Positions 30,340 to 40,830 are shown, numbered from the stretch's first letter. The stretch is DNA of 64,000 bases from Candidatus Omnitrophota bacterium (GCA_041661605.1 JBAZUE010000004.1:7217-71216), one strand, 5' to 3'. A program made the numbers and translations. The notes: generated by a model not told the origin, from the letters alone.

Positions 30340-31378
30340 CGTTCGCACAGTAGAGCGCGTCGGCGATCGCGGACGCTTCATCGTCGTTGAGCGATGGATA
30401 CATGGGCACTGATACAGTCCGTTCAAACAGCCGCACGGCCGTGCCGAATCCAGCATCTCCCATTCCGAGCAGTCGGTGCAGCAGCGCGTCGACGCCACGA
30501 CGCACGACGACACCTCGTGTACGAAAGTCTTTCGCAACCACATCGAAGGGCTTGGAAGTGCGCACAGTAAATCGAAACAGCATGTTCGATTGCCCGGTGG
30601 CGCCTACTTCAATCCCTTGGTTTCGCGCCACGGTAGCGAACTGCGCACGAAGCCGGTCTCGTCGTTCGATGAACTGCGAGTACCGCGCAAGCTGTGCGAC
30701 ACCAAGCGCGGCCTGAAGATCCGACAGCCTCGCGTCATGCCGCGGCACCGGCACTGCGCTTCCATCTGTCATATACCGCGCCCGTTCGGCAAGCTCGGCA
30801 TCACGACTTACCAACATGCCGCCTTCACCAGTTGTGAGACATTTCGTGGCATGAAATGAGAGAATGCCTAGATGCCCTATTGTCCCTGCCATCTCCCCGT
30901 TCACGCTCAGCCCGAACGCTTGACATGCGTCGTCGATCACAGGAACGCGCATTTGTTTCAGCAGCGCGACGTTGCAAGGATGGCCAAAGACATGAACAGC
31001 GACCATCGCACGCGTCTTCGCCGTAACGTGCGGCCCGACAGTCTGCGGAGTAATCACACCCGACTCGTCAACGTCGCACAGAACTGGAATAGCTCCGGCT
31101 GCCATCGTCGCCTCGAGTACACTTCGGCAGACGTACGTGGGGAGGATCACCTCGTGGCCTTGCTGGATCCCCAACACCTTGAAAGCCAAGGCAAGCGCCG
31201 CGGAACCGCTCGACTGAGCAATCGTGTGGACGCCACCAAGGTACCGCCCAACTTGGCGCTCGAATGTTTCGACCATCGCACCTTGAGCAACCAATCCTGA
31301 GACGAGTTGCGCCCTTACCGCCTGCGCGTCGTCTTCGCTGATCCAAGGCCGCGAGTGCGGGATTAGTCGTTCATGCAT
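30329..31378 (-). CDS. DegT/DnrJ/EryC1/StrS-family aminotransferase
   Basis: HSRPWISEDD start region and SFHATKCLTTGEGGM PLP-lysine motif. Start taken at MHERLIP. Confidence 0.85.
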   Translation of the reverse strand: MHERLIPHSRPWISEDDAQAVRAQLVSGLVAQGAMVETFERQVGRYLGGVHTIAQSSGSAALALAFKVLGIQQGHEVILPTYVCRSVLEATMAAGAIPVLCDVDESGVITPQTVGPHVTAKTRAMVAVHVFGHPCNVALLKQMRVPVIDDACQAFGLSVNGEMAGTIGHLGILSFHATKCLTTGEGGMLVSRDAELAERARYMTDGSAVPVPRHDARLSDLQAALGVAQLARYSQFIERRDRLRAQFATVARNQGIEVGATGQSNMLFRFTVRTSKPFDVVAKDFRTRGVVVRRGVDALLHRLLGMGDAGFGTAVRLFERTVSVPMYPSLNDDEASAIADALYCANDGD

Positions 31379-33252
31379 AAGACCTGCTGCAACCACACTT
31401 CGACGTTGAGCAGAGACCATACCAACAGTCGCCGGTTTTGCTTGCCACTGAGGTGTTCGTCAACAAGGGCAAGGACGACGTCCTTCGCTAGCACGTCGTA
31501 GATGCAAGCGTCTCCCGTGATAAGCAGGCGTTTTACGAACTCAATACTCTCGCCCTTAAACCAACTTGCATCGGGTGACGAGAAACCCTGCTTCTGCGCG
31601 TTTGTGATGTCCGCCGGGATGTAGCGAGTCATCATGTCGCGTAGGATTTGCTTTCCGTCATTGGTTCTTGCGAAAAACATGCCTCGCTTGTCTCCGGGAT
31701 CGTTTTCGTTGATCTTGAGCACGGCAGACAGATTATTGAGCTTCATTCCGACCGGGCACCGCATGGCGAAATCCACGAGGTCGTTGTCCATGAATGGGAC
31801 GCGACTTTCAAGCCCATGCGCCATGTTCAACTTGTCCTCGACGACAAACAGGCCGTGTAGGAACGTCTTCGCTTCGAAATACAGCGAGTGATTGATGTAG
31901 TCTTCTGGCCGGCCGAGTTCGTTGTCATGCGTGGCGAATACATCGCGAAAGATGTCCCGCGTCCACACGCCCTCCACGTCGCCCCACACGGGGGAGAAGA
32001 GGCGCTTCAAGTGCCGGTTGTCGACTAGGCGCTGCCAGTACAGGTAGTACTGGTCGACGTACGCCTCGAAGTTTCCGCTGTTTGCGCCTCGGTAGTAGCG
32101 CCACGGATAGCCGCCGAAGAGTTCGTCGCCCCCACTCCCTGCCAGCACGACCTTGACGAACTTGCTCGCCAGCTTCGCCGCATAGTAGTTCGGATAACTC
32201 TGCCCGACGCGAGGCTCCTCCAAATGGTACGCGAGCCGCGGCAGGCAGCGCTCCATGTCGCCGGCCTTGAGCACCATTTCGTAATGCTCGGTTTTGAACC
32301 GTGCCGACATCGCCTCGGCCTTCGTTCGTTCATCAAACGACAGCTCGATTCCGGAAGCGGAGCTCAGGTCGAACCCGCAGGTGAACGTCTTCAGGTACGG
32401 AAACGTCTGGGCCGCGATTGCGGTGATTGACCCGCTGTCCATCCCACCACTCAGATATGCCCCAAGCTCGACATCGCTCACCAACTGCCGATTGACTGCC
32501 TGACGGAAAAGACGATCCAGCTCTTCGACATACTCGGCCCGTGGCGCAGCCTGATCCGGTTCCCGAAACCGATAATCCCAGTACTGCACACGCGTCAACT
32601 CTCGCCCGGGCGTCTGCGCGTGCAACACGCCGTAGTGGCCTGCCGGCAAGAGGTGGACGCCCTGCAGCAGCGTCTGGTCCGTGAAGATGTTCTGAAACGT
32701 GAAGTACTCAAGCAGTGCCGGCTTGTTGAGCTTCCTCGAAAAGTCCGGCTGCGCGAGGATCGCCTTCTGCTCGGATCCAAACGCAAAGGTGTTCCCCTGA
32801 CTCGCGTAGTAAAGTGGCTTGATTCCGTAGCGGTCCCGCGCGAGGAGCAGCGTGCGCTCCTTTCGATCCCAGAGCGCCAAGGCGAACATTCCGTTAAACC
32901 GCAGCAGCGCATCTGGTCCCCAGGCTGCCAGCGCGTGCAGCACGACTTCGGAGTCTGCCTGGGACCGAAACCAGTACCCGAGCGCCTCAAGCTCCCGCCG
33001 CAGCTCGCGGAAGTTGTACACCTCGCCGTTGTAAGACAGGACGAACCGGTGGTCCCCTGAGAGCATCGGCTGATACCCCGCCGGCGAGAGGTCGATGATC
33101 GCCAGCCGCCGGTGTCCAATCCCCACGTTCGCTTCGATCCAGTGGCCTTCCCCATCCGGGCCGCGATGGGCAATCGCATCCGTCATGCGCTGCAGTACCA
33201 CCGGTGACACCGGCGCGCCATCCAGGTTGATCAGGCCGGTAATGCCACACAT
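31363..33252 (-). CDS. Asparagine synthase (glutamine-hydrolysing), AsnB-like amidotransferase
   Basis: 629 aa. MCGI N-terminal nucleophile and SGGMDSS PP-loop. Confidence 0.9.
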   Translation of the reverse strand: MCGITGLINLDGAPVSPVVLQRMTDAIAHRGPDGEGHWIEANVGIGHRRLAIIDLSPAGYQPMLSGDHRFVLSYNGEVYNFRELRRELEALGYWFRSQADSEVVLHALAAWGPDALLRFNGMFALALWDRKERTLLLARDRYGIKPLYYASQGNTFAFGSEQKAILAQPDFSRKLNKPALLEYFTFQNIFTDQTLLQGVHLLPAGHYGVLHAQTPGRELTRVQYWDYRFREPDQAAPRAEYVEELDRLFRQAVNRQLVSDVELGAYLSGGMDSGSITAIAAQTFPYLKTFTCGFDLSSASGIELSFDERTKAEAMSARFKTEHYEMVLKAGDMERCLPRLAYHLEEPRVGQSYPNYYAAKLASKFVKVVLAGSGGDELFGGYPWRYYRGANSGNFEAYVDQYYLYWQRLVDNRHLKRLFSPVWGDVEGVWTRDIFRDVFATHDNELGRPEDYINHSLYFEAKTFLHGLFVVEDKLNMAHGLESRVPFMDNDLVDFAMRCPVGMKLNNLSAVLKINENDPGDKRGMFFARTNDGKQILRDMMTRYIPADITNAQKQGFSSPDASWFKGESIEFVKRLLITGDACIYDVLAKDVVLALVDEHLSGKQNRRLLVWSLLNVEVWLQQVLCMND

Positions 33253-34418
33253 CAGCCGAGTCCGCGACGCACATGGTCGATGACGTAATCCTGTTCGGCC
33301 ATCGACATTCCGTGAAAGAGCGGCAGCGAAATGCTGCAGTGGTTCGCGGCGTACGCCTGCGGAAATGCTTCAGGCTTCAGCGAGTACTTTTCCCGATAGT
33401 ACGTCAGCATATGCACCGCGTGCGTCGCTGGACGAGTCGAAATGCCCGCTTGCTGAAGGAGATCCATCCACGCGTTGCGCCGTTCGTTGACGCGCGGGAT
33501 CGTGTCGCGAGAAAGCGGTTCCGGCCGGAAGAGGCACGGGTATGACTGGTATCCGTGGCCGTAGCCATCGGGCCTCGCTGGCGTGCGCAGCCAATCCAGG
33601 TTGGCAAACGCCTCGTCATAGCGCGCGGCGAGCCGCCGCCGCTCCGTGATGATCGCTGAGGCACGTTCCATCTGCGCGCTACCGAGCGCGGCCTGCAGAT
33701 CAGTCATGCGCTGGTTGTAGCCCGCGTCAACGTGATCGGCCAGTAAGTACGGCCGGGCCCCGAGATGCCGCTGGAGATCCGTCATCACCGCCCCGTGGTC
33801 ACGGAGCCTTCGCACGTGCTCCGCGAACGTGTCCGACGCGGCAGTGATCATCCCACCCTCACCAGTCGTAATGGCCTTCCGCGGGTGAAAACTGAAGCAG
33901 CCCGCCGTCCCGAGCGTACCCACGTGCCGTCCGTGATATGTGGCGCCGAACCCGCACGCGGCGTCTTCTACCACGGCGAGCCCGTGGCGCGAGGCGACGG
34001 CGTTGATCGGGTCCATGTCCGCCGACAGCCCAAACAGGTGCACCGGCACGATCGCCTTGGTGCGCGGTGTGATAAGCGATTCAACCTGCTCGACATCAAT
34101 GTTGAACGTCGCGAGGTCAACGTCACAAAACACCACCCGCCCACCCAGATGCTCGACGACGTTTGCGGTCGCGATCCATGTGAAGGCCGGCACTATCACC
34201 TCGTCACCGGGCCGCACGCCGAGCGCGGCGAGTGACAAATGGAGCGCGCTCGTGCACGAGGTGACGGCGACCGAATGCTTGGCACCCGTGAACGCCGACC
34301 AGCGCTCCTCAAACTCTCGGACCTTCGGCCCCTGCACCAGCCAACCGCTGCGCAGAGGCTCGAGGACGCTCTGGATCTCTGCCTCGGTCAGCGCAGTCCG
34401 CGCGATGGGGATCTTCAC
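33252..34418 (-). CDS. DegT/DnrJ/EryC1/StrS-family aminotransferase
   Basis: 388 aa with the SFHPRKAITTGEGGM motif. Confidence 0.85.
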   Translation of the reverse strand: MKIPIARTALTEAEIQSVLEPLRSGWLVQGPKVREFEERWSAFTGAKHSVAVTSCTSALHLSLAALGVRPGDEVIVPAFTWIATANVVEHLGGRVVFCDVDLATFNIDVEQVESLITPRTKAIVPVHLFGLSADMDPINAVASRHGLAVVEDAACGFGATYHGRHVGTLGTAGCFSFHPRKAITTGEGGMITAASDTFAEHVRRLRDHGAVMTDLQRHLGARPYLLADHVDAGYNQRMTDLQAALGSAQMERASAIITERRRLAARYDEAFANLDWLRTPARPDGYGHGYQSYPCLFRPEPLSRDTIPRVNERRNAWMDLLQQAGISTRPATHAVHMLTYYREKYSLKPEAFPQAYAANHCSISLPLFHGMSMAEQDYVIDHVRRGLG

Positions 34419-35383
34419 GATTGACTGGCCCTCCAGTCGATCAGGCGCTGAAGGCCGGTGACCAGGTCGTAGCGATGCGTGAATCCCAGGTCCCGCGCCG
34501 CCTTTTCTGGCGATCCGATACGGTTCTGTACAAGCCGGCGCGCATCATCGGCGCTATACGGTTTATAGGTGACATTGAGGCTTGAGTTGCGCATCGACAG
34601 GATCAGGTCGCAGAGATCGCGGATTGAAGTCTGCACGCCGGTTCCCACGTTGTAGAACTCGTCATTCACCTCGGATTGGAGCGCCAGGACATTGCAGCGC
34701 CCGACGTCCTCGACGGAGATGAAATCGTACGCCTGCGTTCCGTCGCCATTCACGGTCGGCGCCTCGTTCGCGTCGATCTTGTTTAGCATGATCGGGATGA
34801 CGCCGGTATATGCCGCCGTCTGGTCTTGATGAGGGCCATACACGTTCATGTATCGCAGCCCGATGTAGCTGAGCTCGTATCGGTCGTGGAAGGCACGACA
34901 CATGGCCTCGCCGGCGATCTTCGTCGCCCCGTAGAAGTTGCGGTTGTTAAACGGATGCGCTTCCGTCATCGGCACTTCCACCGCATCGCCATAAACGGAC
35001 GCAGACGACGAGTAAACGAGCCGCTTAACACCGTTGCGGACACACGCTTCCAGCACGTTGAACGTGCCCTCGATGTTCACGTGGAAGGCGGTGCGGGGAA
35101 AATCACGACAGTGCAGGAGCCACATCGCCGCGAGATGCACCACGCCATCCACACCCTTCATCGCGTCGTCGAGGACATCCACGTCACGAATATCTCCGCC
35201 GGTTGGGTGGATTCGGCAACGCCGGTCGGCGAGGCTCGCGCCGAGATTGCTGAGCTTGCCGCGCGCGAAGTTGTCGTAGATCACAACCTCGCCGACGTCG
35301 GTCTTGAGGAGCTCTGAAACCACGAAACTACCAATGAACCCGGCACCGCCGATGACAAGAACCTTGCTTCCTTCAAGTTTCAT
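34415..35383 (-). CDS. NAD-dependent sugar epimerase/dehydratase (extended SDR)
   Basis: Start at MKLEGSKVLVIGGAGFIGSF; YxxxK present (YGATKIAGE). Confidence 0.85.
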   Translation of the reverse strand: MKLEGSKVLVIGGAGFIGSFVVSELLKTDVGEVVIYDNFARGKLSNLGASLADRRCRIHPTGGDIRDVDVLDDAMKGVDGVVHLAAMWLLHCRDFPRTAFHVNIEGTFNVLEACVRNGVKRLVYSSSASVYGDAVEVPMTEAHPFNNRNFYGATKIAGEAMCRAFHDRYELSYIGLRYMNVYGPHQDQTAAYTGVIPIMLNKIDANEAPTVNGDGTQAYDFISVEDVGRCNVLALQSEVNDEFYNVGTGVQTSIRDLCDLILSMRNSSLNVTYKPYSADDARRLVQNRIGSPEKAARDLGFTHRYDLVTGLQRLIDWRASQS

Positions 35384-35663
35384 TTGAACTCCCGGTTTAC
35401 ATTTGCCGCTTGGCACTGAATATGTTCGCTGCAAGCTCCTCCCTCTCCGGCGCCTAAGCTCCGCGCTGGAGGATCATTCCCGAGATCGAGTTACCACTTC
35501 TTCCGTGACGCCCCCCAGAAGCTCGGGGATGTCTGGCCGTGCCCTGGTTCTGCGCGGAACAAGATTACGCAGATCATTCGGAATCAGGGCACTCGAGTGC
35601 ACGGTCAGCCTGAGATGCGCCGGGTTCGGTGGACACCATCCCTACGTTCATTGGGTAGATGAG

Positions 35664-35870
35664 ATGTCAACTGCGAGCACGACGGACGCGAGCATCCTGG
35701 AGCGGCTGGACCTGATCGTGAAGTCGGCGATGAGGGCGGAGCAGGACAACACGCTCCGTGAGTGGCTGCACACGCTGGTTCCGGACTTCGAGCACGAGGA
35801 CGCCCGCACCAACCCGAGGGTCCGGCGCAGCAATCCCTCATCTGCGATGGCGAAACTTCGGGTGGTCTAG
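35664..35870 (+). pseudogene. Remnant of the 3' end of a CapD/PglF-like gene
   Basis: ILERLDLIVKSAMRAEQDNTLREWLHTLVPDFEHEDARTNPRVRRSNP aligns with the last ~55 aa of the 41106..43004 product (VMARLDLFVRTAMTAEDQENKLRELLHTLVPDFAHEDARTDPRVRRSDP). Confidence 0.6.
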
Positions 35871-35884
35871 GGGCTCCGGTTCTA

Positions 35885-37024
35885 TCACACGGCGCCGCCT
35901 CGCCGTAGTCGATAATGGCGCCACCAGATCATTCCAAGCCCGGCGCAGACGCCAAGAAAGATTGCCGACAGCAGGTCCCGCGACCGCCGTGGGCTTGTGC
36001 GCGAATTTGGCACCACAACCTGTTCCAGAACCGTGAACACGGGCGTGTCCTGGTTCTGCTTGATGCGCGACTGCTCTCGTTCGCTACTGAACTGTCGATA
36101 CAGCTCAAATGCCAGGTTGTACTCGCTCTGCAGCCGCTGTGCCTCGATCTGCGCCGTAGCGCTCAGCGTCCCCCGGTTGCGGTCGGTGAAAGTCGCCAGT
36201 TGTCGCTGGGCTTGCTCGAAGCGCTCGCGGGCCCGCTTCTGCTCGTCCTCCACGAAGCGCCGCTGCTCTCCAGCCTTACGCGACTCGAAGTCAATAATGC
36301 GTTCCATCAGCCGCCCGGAGGCCGCCTTCACCAGGTCGGCGGCGGCGTACGCATCAGGCATCGTACCTTGAATGGTGATGATCGCCGTCTTGCGGTTGAT
36401 GTCCACCGTCAAGCGCTCATCGAGGCTGCGAATAATCGCGAGGTACTTCGGATCGTAGTGCGCGAGCGGTGGCCTTCCGCCCGTCGAGTCAGGAATGACC
36501 ATCGGCTTCGGCGTCGGCCGGAGGGCGGACAAGATTAGCGACGGCAGGCCGATCGTATACTGGCGCACGAACCCGACAAGGGAACCGGCACTAACATCGC
36601 GAAAGTACCTGACCGTCGAGATGGGTTCCCGTACCGTGCTGAACCGGATCGGCGTCTCCGCTACGGCGATCTTGAAATCCAGTGTCTTCGCGACTTCCGG
36701 GTACAAGTCAGCCGTGATCGTCGGATCAGAAGCTCCCGCCGGCAGCCGGATGCCGGCAAGGCCGGCGAGGCCAGACAGCCCTGACGTGCTGCTGCCAGAG
36801 GAGCGATACGGCAGGATCTTCGTGCTAGCCGTGTACTCCGATGTGCTGCCGAAGGCCAACAGCAAGCCCAGCGGCACCGTCACCGCAAGGCTTCGCCACA
36901 CGTAGATCCTCTCCTTCCACGCCAACAGTGCGAAGTCACGCGACTTATCGATCAACTCCGTGAGCGAGATCTCATCGTCGTCGTCATCAGCGGGCCGACT
37001 ATTCGGCGTGGGAGTCATCGTCAT
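35885..37024 (-). CDS. Wzz/GumC-like polysaccharide co-polymerase (chain-length determinant), no kinase domain
   Basis: 379 aa. N-terminal and C-terminal TM segments flank a coiled-coil periplasmic region; Wzz-type N-terminus. Confidence 0.7.
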   Translation of the reverse strand: MTMTPTPNSRPADDDDDEISLTELIDKSRDFALLAWKERIYVWRSLAVTVPLGLLLAFGSTSEYTASTKILPYRSSGSSTSGLSGLAGLAGIRLPAGASDPTITADLYPEVAKTLDFKIAVAETPIRFSTVREPISTVRYFRDVSAGSLVGFVRQYTIGLPSLILSALRPTPKPMVIPDSTGGRPPLAHYDPKYLAIIRSLDERLTVDINRKTAIITIQGTMPDAYAAADLVKAASGRLMERIIDFESRKAGEQRRFVEDEQKRARERFEQAQRQLATFTDRNRGTLSATAQIEAQRLQSEYNLAFELYRQFSSEREQSRIKQNQDTPVFTVLEQVVVPNSRTSPRRSRDLLSAIFLGVCAGLGMIWWRHYRLRRGGAV

Positions 37025-37028
37025 CGGC

Positions 37029-39788
37029 CTAGAGTTGCTTGCTAAGCACGATCAGCGACAGCACCGTCGTCATCACCTGGAACGTGCGTGTGTAGATCGC
37101 GTCGTAGTCGATCTTCTTCTTCTGCTCCGGCGGCACCTCGAACTTGTAACGCAAGCTGATGGTGCTTCCCGGATACACAGTCGGGAAATCCTTGAAGAAC
37201 AGGAAGCTTCGCTCCGTGCCGGTCACCTTTCCGTTCGGTTCCGTGACCGTCACGCTCCACCGGTCCGCCTTCTGGGCAAAGCCACCGGCGAACTCGTGGA
37301 TGTACCAGCTGGCAGACCGGTCGCCCTCGTAGCTGAAGCTCGTCGTCCCGCCCTCGGTGACGCCACCGTTCACGACGCCGCTCGTCGCCAGCTCCCCGAG
37401 GCGCGTGGCGCGCAGGCGGATAGCCACAAGATTCGAGCGCCGCGGAATTGAAATGACGTCTCCCTCGAGCAGGATCGGATCGAGACTCAGGTTGTGCTTG
37501 TGACGCAACGCATCCTTCAGGTCGATCCCCACCGGCCCCACGCCCCCCGCCGAGCGCACGAGCGTCGCGTACGCGGGATCGGCCAGCTCCGTGATTCCGC
37601 CGGCCTCGCCGATGACGTCACTGAGGTGCACTAGGTGATTCGACAGCGCATAGACGCCCGGGTACATCACCTGTCCATTCAACTGCACTGTCCGCGAGAC
37701 ATCGAACAGCGGGATCTCCCGCACCACCACCTGGTCGAACGGCTGCAACCGGAAACCTGCCGGCGCCGACACCACGCGATACGCGCTGTCGAGTTGCACC
37801 GCGATACGATCGAACGTCGCGCCCTTCGTCGGACTCACGTTGAGGCGGAATACATCCACACGACTCAGCGACGCGGCGCGCGTGAAACCCCCGCCCATGA
37901 TGACGAGGTCGGTAATGGTGACCGCCGAGTTGAACTCGGCGCGCACCGGGTTCTTCACGGCGCCGCCAAGTGAAAGCTCGCCGACCTCCGTGTACGTGCG
38001 GCGGTCGTAGACCATGAGCTTGTCGCCCGCGCCAAGCGGGAAGGTGAGGTCCTGCCGCACGTTCACGCGCAGGTAATCCACCTTCTTCGGGTTGAACAGA
38101 TCGGTGCGAATCACGAACGCGACGTCGGCCGCTGTCGGCTGCAGGCCGCCAGCCAGCGCAATCACGTCGCGCAGCGGAATGCGGTCGCCGTAGGCAAGCG
38201 TGCGCGTCACCGGGTTGCGCACGCTCCCCTCCACCGCCAGCGTCGCGACATCGGCGTACCGCTCCTTGTCGAAGACAAGCAACCGGTCCTTGGGTTCCAG
38301 CTTCACCTTCGCCTTGGCGCGCACCGAATCGTCCCACGCCAGGGGAATGACCTTCAAGCTGCCGTCCAGCTGCACGCGCTCAATAAACAGCAAGTCGGTC
38401 TTCGCTTGCGGCTTCAGCTGCGCCTTCGCCAGCACGTCCTGCACGCTTGGGCTGCGCCCCAGGTCGTAACGTCCCTCATAGAAGACGCTCCCCGACACGT
38501 CCACGAACTGCTCCAGCGGCCGGCCGATCGCGCGCACGCGCGCCACGTCGCCGTCACGCAACGCCACCCGCACCGCCCCGCTCAGCACGTCGCGCAGGCG
38601 CCATTCCCTCAGCACCACCGAGTCTCCCTCTACGCGTTGCACCTGCACGTAGTCGGGGTTGGTGTTGAAGTTGATCCCCCCGGCAAAACGGATGAGGTCG
38701 GCGAGGTCTTCCTGCTCCACCAGCTCGTAACGCATGGGGCGCTTCACGACCCCTTCGATGGCGACCACCGTGCGCGCCAGCGGCACGAACAGTACGTCGT
38801 TGTGCTGCAGGTCGAAGTCGAAAAGCAACCGCGGGTCGTTCATGAAGGCATACACATCCATCCGGCGACGACTATTGCCGCGAATCACCTGGATGTCGCG
38901 CACCGAACCAATCTTCGTGGGGCCGCCAGCCGCGGCCAGTGCGTTGAACGCCGTGTTGAGCGCCGAGAGCGAGAACGAGCCATTGATCTTCGATTCACCG
39001 AAGATGTTCACCGTCACCGTGCGCGCCGTCTGGATGGTCAGCGCGAACTGATCTGAGTTGAAGCGATAGTACGCCGACAGGCGTGACTGCAGCAGCGCCC
39101 GCGCCTGCAGCAGCGAGAGCCCCTGCATCAAGATCTTCGGCACGCCGTCGGGCTGCACGAATCCGTCGCCGGTCACCTGCAGCAGCAGGTCAACCTGCGA
39201 GGTCCCGAAGATGCTCACACGAATCTGGTCGCCGCCGCCAAGGATGTAGGTATCGGGCGCACGCGCACCGTCGGTAGTGCGGAAGACGTCGAGCGTCTTA
39301 TTGGTGAAGATGCTGTGCCCGTAGATATCCGATGGCTCGCTGCTTTGCGCTGCCACCTTCTCCTTCGCGTCGGCCACCGCCTCGGCCACCGTGGTGGTCG
39401 GGTTGGCGGCATCACTCCCCGCGATTGGGGCAGCGGGTGCGGCCGCCGCACCCGGCACCGTCGTGACGCTGGCCGTCACGGCCGCCTTCTTCTGCGCCAC
39501 CAGCCGGTCGAGCACCGCAACGATGCGATCCTTGTACGCCGGCAGCTCAGCAATGGGGATCGCCTCGATGACGATCCCCTCCTTTACCAGCGCCGCGCGC
39601 GCCTCCTGCTCGGTCAGGCCGCGCTTGGTCAGTTCGGCGCGGATCAAGTCCTGCTGGGCCGTACTCAGGGCGGGTGCGTCCTGCCCGGGCATGCGTGCGG
39701 GAGTGAACGCGGTCGCCCCGGCACTCATCAACAGGGCAATCAGGAGCCGGCGAGCCGACGGGTAAGCGAGAGACTTGATCATTTTCAT
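37029..39788 (-). CDS. Large polysaccharide export protein (Wza-like, multiple SLBB-type repeats)
   Basis: 919 aa with a signal peptide and repeated DxLxV/GxVxxPG export/SLBB-like modules. Located next to the Wzz-like gene. Confidence 0.7.
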   Translation of the reverse strand: MKMIKSLAYPSARRLLIALLMSAGATAFTPARMPGQDAPALSTAQQDLIRAELTKRGLTEQEARAALVKEGIVIEAIPIAELPAYKDRIVAVLDRLVAQKKAAVTASVTTVPGAAAAPAAPIAGSDAANPTTTVAEAVADAKEKVAAQSSEPSDIYGHSIFTNKTLDVFRTTDGARAPDTYILGGGDQIRVSIFGTSQVDLLLQVTGDGFVQPDGVPKILMQGLSLLQARALLQSRLSAYYRFNSDQFALTIQTARTVTVNIFGESKINGSFSLSALNTAFNALAAAGGPTKIGSVRDIQVIRGNSRRRMDVYAFMNDPRLLFDFDLQHNDVLFVPLARTVVAIEGVVKRPMRYELVEQEDLADLIRFAGGINFNTNPDYVQVQRVEGDSVVLREWRLRDVLSGAVRVALRDGDVARVRAIGRPLEQFVDVSGSVFYEGRYDLGRSPSVQDVLAKAQLKPQAKTDLLFIERVQLDGSLKVIPLAWDDSVRAKAKVKLEPKDRLLVFDKERYADVATLAVEGSVRNPVTRTLAYGDRIPLRDVIALAGGLQPTAADVAFVIRTDLFNPKKVDYLRVNVRQDLTFPLGAGDKLMVYDRRTYTEVGELSLGGAVKNPVRAEFNSAVTITDLVIMGGGFTRAASLSRVDVFRLNVSPTKGATFDRIAVQLDSAYRVVSAPAGFRLQPFDQVVVREIPLFDVSRTVQLNGQVMYPGVYALSNHLVHLSDVIGEAGGITELADPAYATLVRSAGGVGPVGIDLKDALRHKHNLSLDPILLEGDVISIPRRSNLVAIRLRATRLGELATSGVVNGGVTEGGTTSFSYEGDRSASWYIHEFAGGFAQKADRWSVTVTEPNGKVTGTERSFLFFKDFPTVYPGSTISLRYKFEVPPEQKKKIDYDAIYTRTFQVMTTVLSLIVLSKQL

Positions 39789-39843
39789 CCAAAAAAGGTA
39801 ACGCCTGCATGCCGCTCTCGCGGCCCCCGGGCGAGCCGTACCG

Positions 39844-40383
39844 TCAGACCGCTCTGACTGTGGCCGCGCCGATCGTAAACGCTACACCGCGACCAATGGT
39901 GGGAACCCACACTATCAGCTTGCGGCCGCTGCGAATCTCGCGCACCACCCCGCGGTATCCTACCAACGGCCCCTCCTGCACCACCACTTCGTCACCCACC
40001 ATCAGCGGCTCCATCTCGGCGACCGGTTCCGGCTCAAGGTGGGGGGCCTCGATCATCCGGCGCAGAGACGTCACATACCCGTCATCGAGCCGCGCCGGCA
40101 CCCCGCCTTCCTTCACCAGCGTCAGCACCCCCGGCGTGCGCAGCAGCGCGCTCCAGTTTTCGCCCGTGGGACGCGTAAAACAGTATCCGGAGAAGAGCGG
40201 GAGCACCACCTCTTTCCAGCGGTCGCTCCACCGCCGCCGGCTCGTATACGTCGGCAGCCACACGTCGTGCCCCGCCGCCCCAAACCGCGCCGCGACTTTC
40301 TTCTCGGCGCGCGCCTCCGTCCAGACCACAAACCAGGGGTCAGCCAGCACTTCATTAGTAATGGAGTTGGCAATCTGGATCAT
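39844..40383 (-). CDS. NusG-paralogue transcription antiterminator (UpxY/RfaH-like), first gene of the minus-strand operon
   Basis: 179 aa. NGN-like N-domain (WFVVWTEARAEKKVAARF) and KOW motif (GDEVVVQEGPLVGYRGVV). Confidence 0.8.
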   Translation of the reverse strand: MIQIANSITNEVLADPWFVVWTEARAEKKVAARFGAAGHDVWLPTYTSRRRWSDRWKEVVLPLFSGYCFTRPTGENWSALLRTPGVLTLVKEGGVPARLDDGYVTSLRRMIEAPHLEPEPVAEMEPLMVGDEVVVQEGPLVGYRGVVREIRSGRKLIVWVPTIGRGVAFTIGAATVRAV

Positions 40384-40460
40384 GGGAACCCGAGTGCACG
40401 GTCAGTCACATTGCGTGATTGACCGTGAGAGTTGTCGTGACACTATTGCCCAGCGATTCA

Positions 40461-40811
40461 CTACCGCTCTACGGCTACGTCCTCGCTCTCCGCCTGCAGC
40501 CGCTCAATCTCCAGCCGCAGCGCGTCGTATTCTTCCATCTTTCGTGCCAAGAAGTGCTTCGTCAGTTCCGCCTTCGCCGCCACCCCTTCGGGCGTCAGCA
40601 GGTAGGCGTAGCCACGCTTGTTGGCACTGCTCTTGAAGTTCTGGATCTTCACGAACCCCTTGGCCAGCAATGCCCGCAACACGTAGTTGGCCTTGCCCAG
40701 GCTCATCCCCAGCTCACTCGCCATCTCGCGCTGCGTGCGGCTGGGGCTCTCATCGAGAAGCCGCAGTACACTCAGCTGTGAGGGGTCGGTCGTGGGCGGG
40801 TGTAGCGTCAT
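40461..40811 (-). CDS. MarR-family EPS-associated transcriptional regulator
   Basis: 116 aa. QREMASELGMSLGKANYVLRALLAKGFVKIQNF...KRGYAYLLTPEG matches the EPS-associated MarR signature, with a C-terminal coiled coil. Confidence 0.8.
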   Translation of the reverse strand: MTLHPPTTDPSQLSVLRLLDESPSRTQREMASELGMSLGKANYVLRALLAKGFVKIQNFKSSANKRGYAYLLTPEGVAAKAELTKHFLARKMEEYDALRLEIERLQAESEDVAVER

Positions 40812-40830
40812 TTCACTCGTTCCCGTGGTT

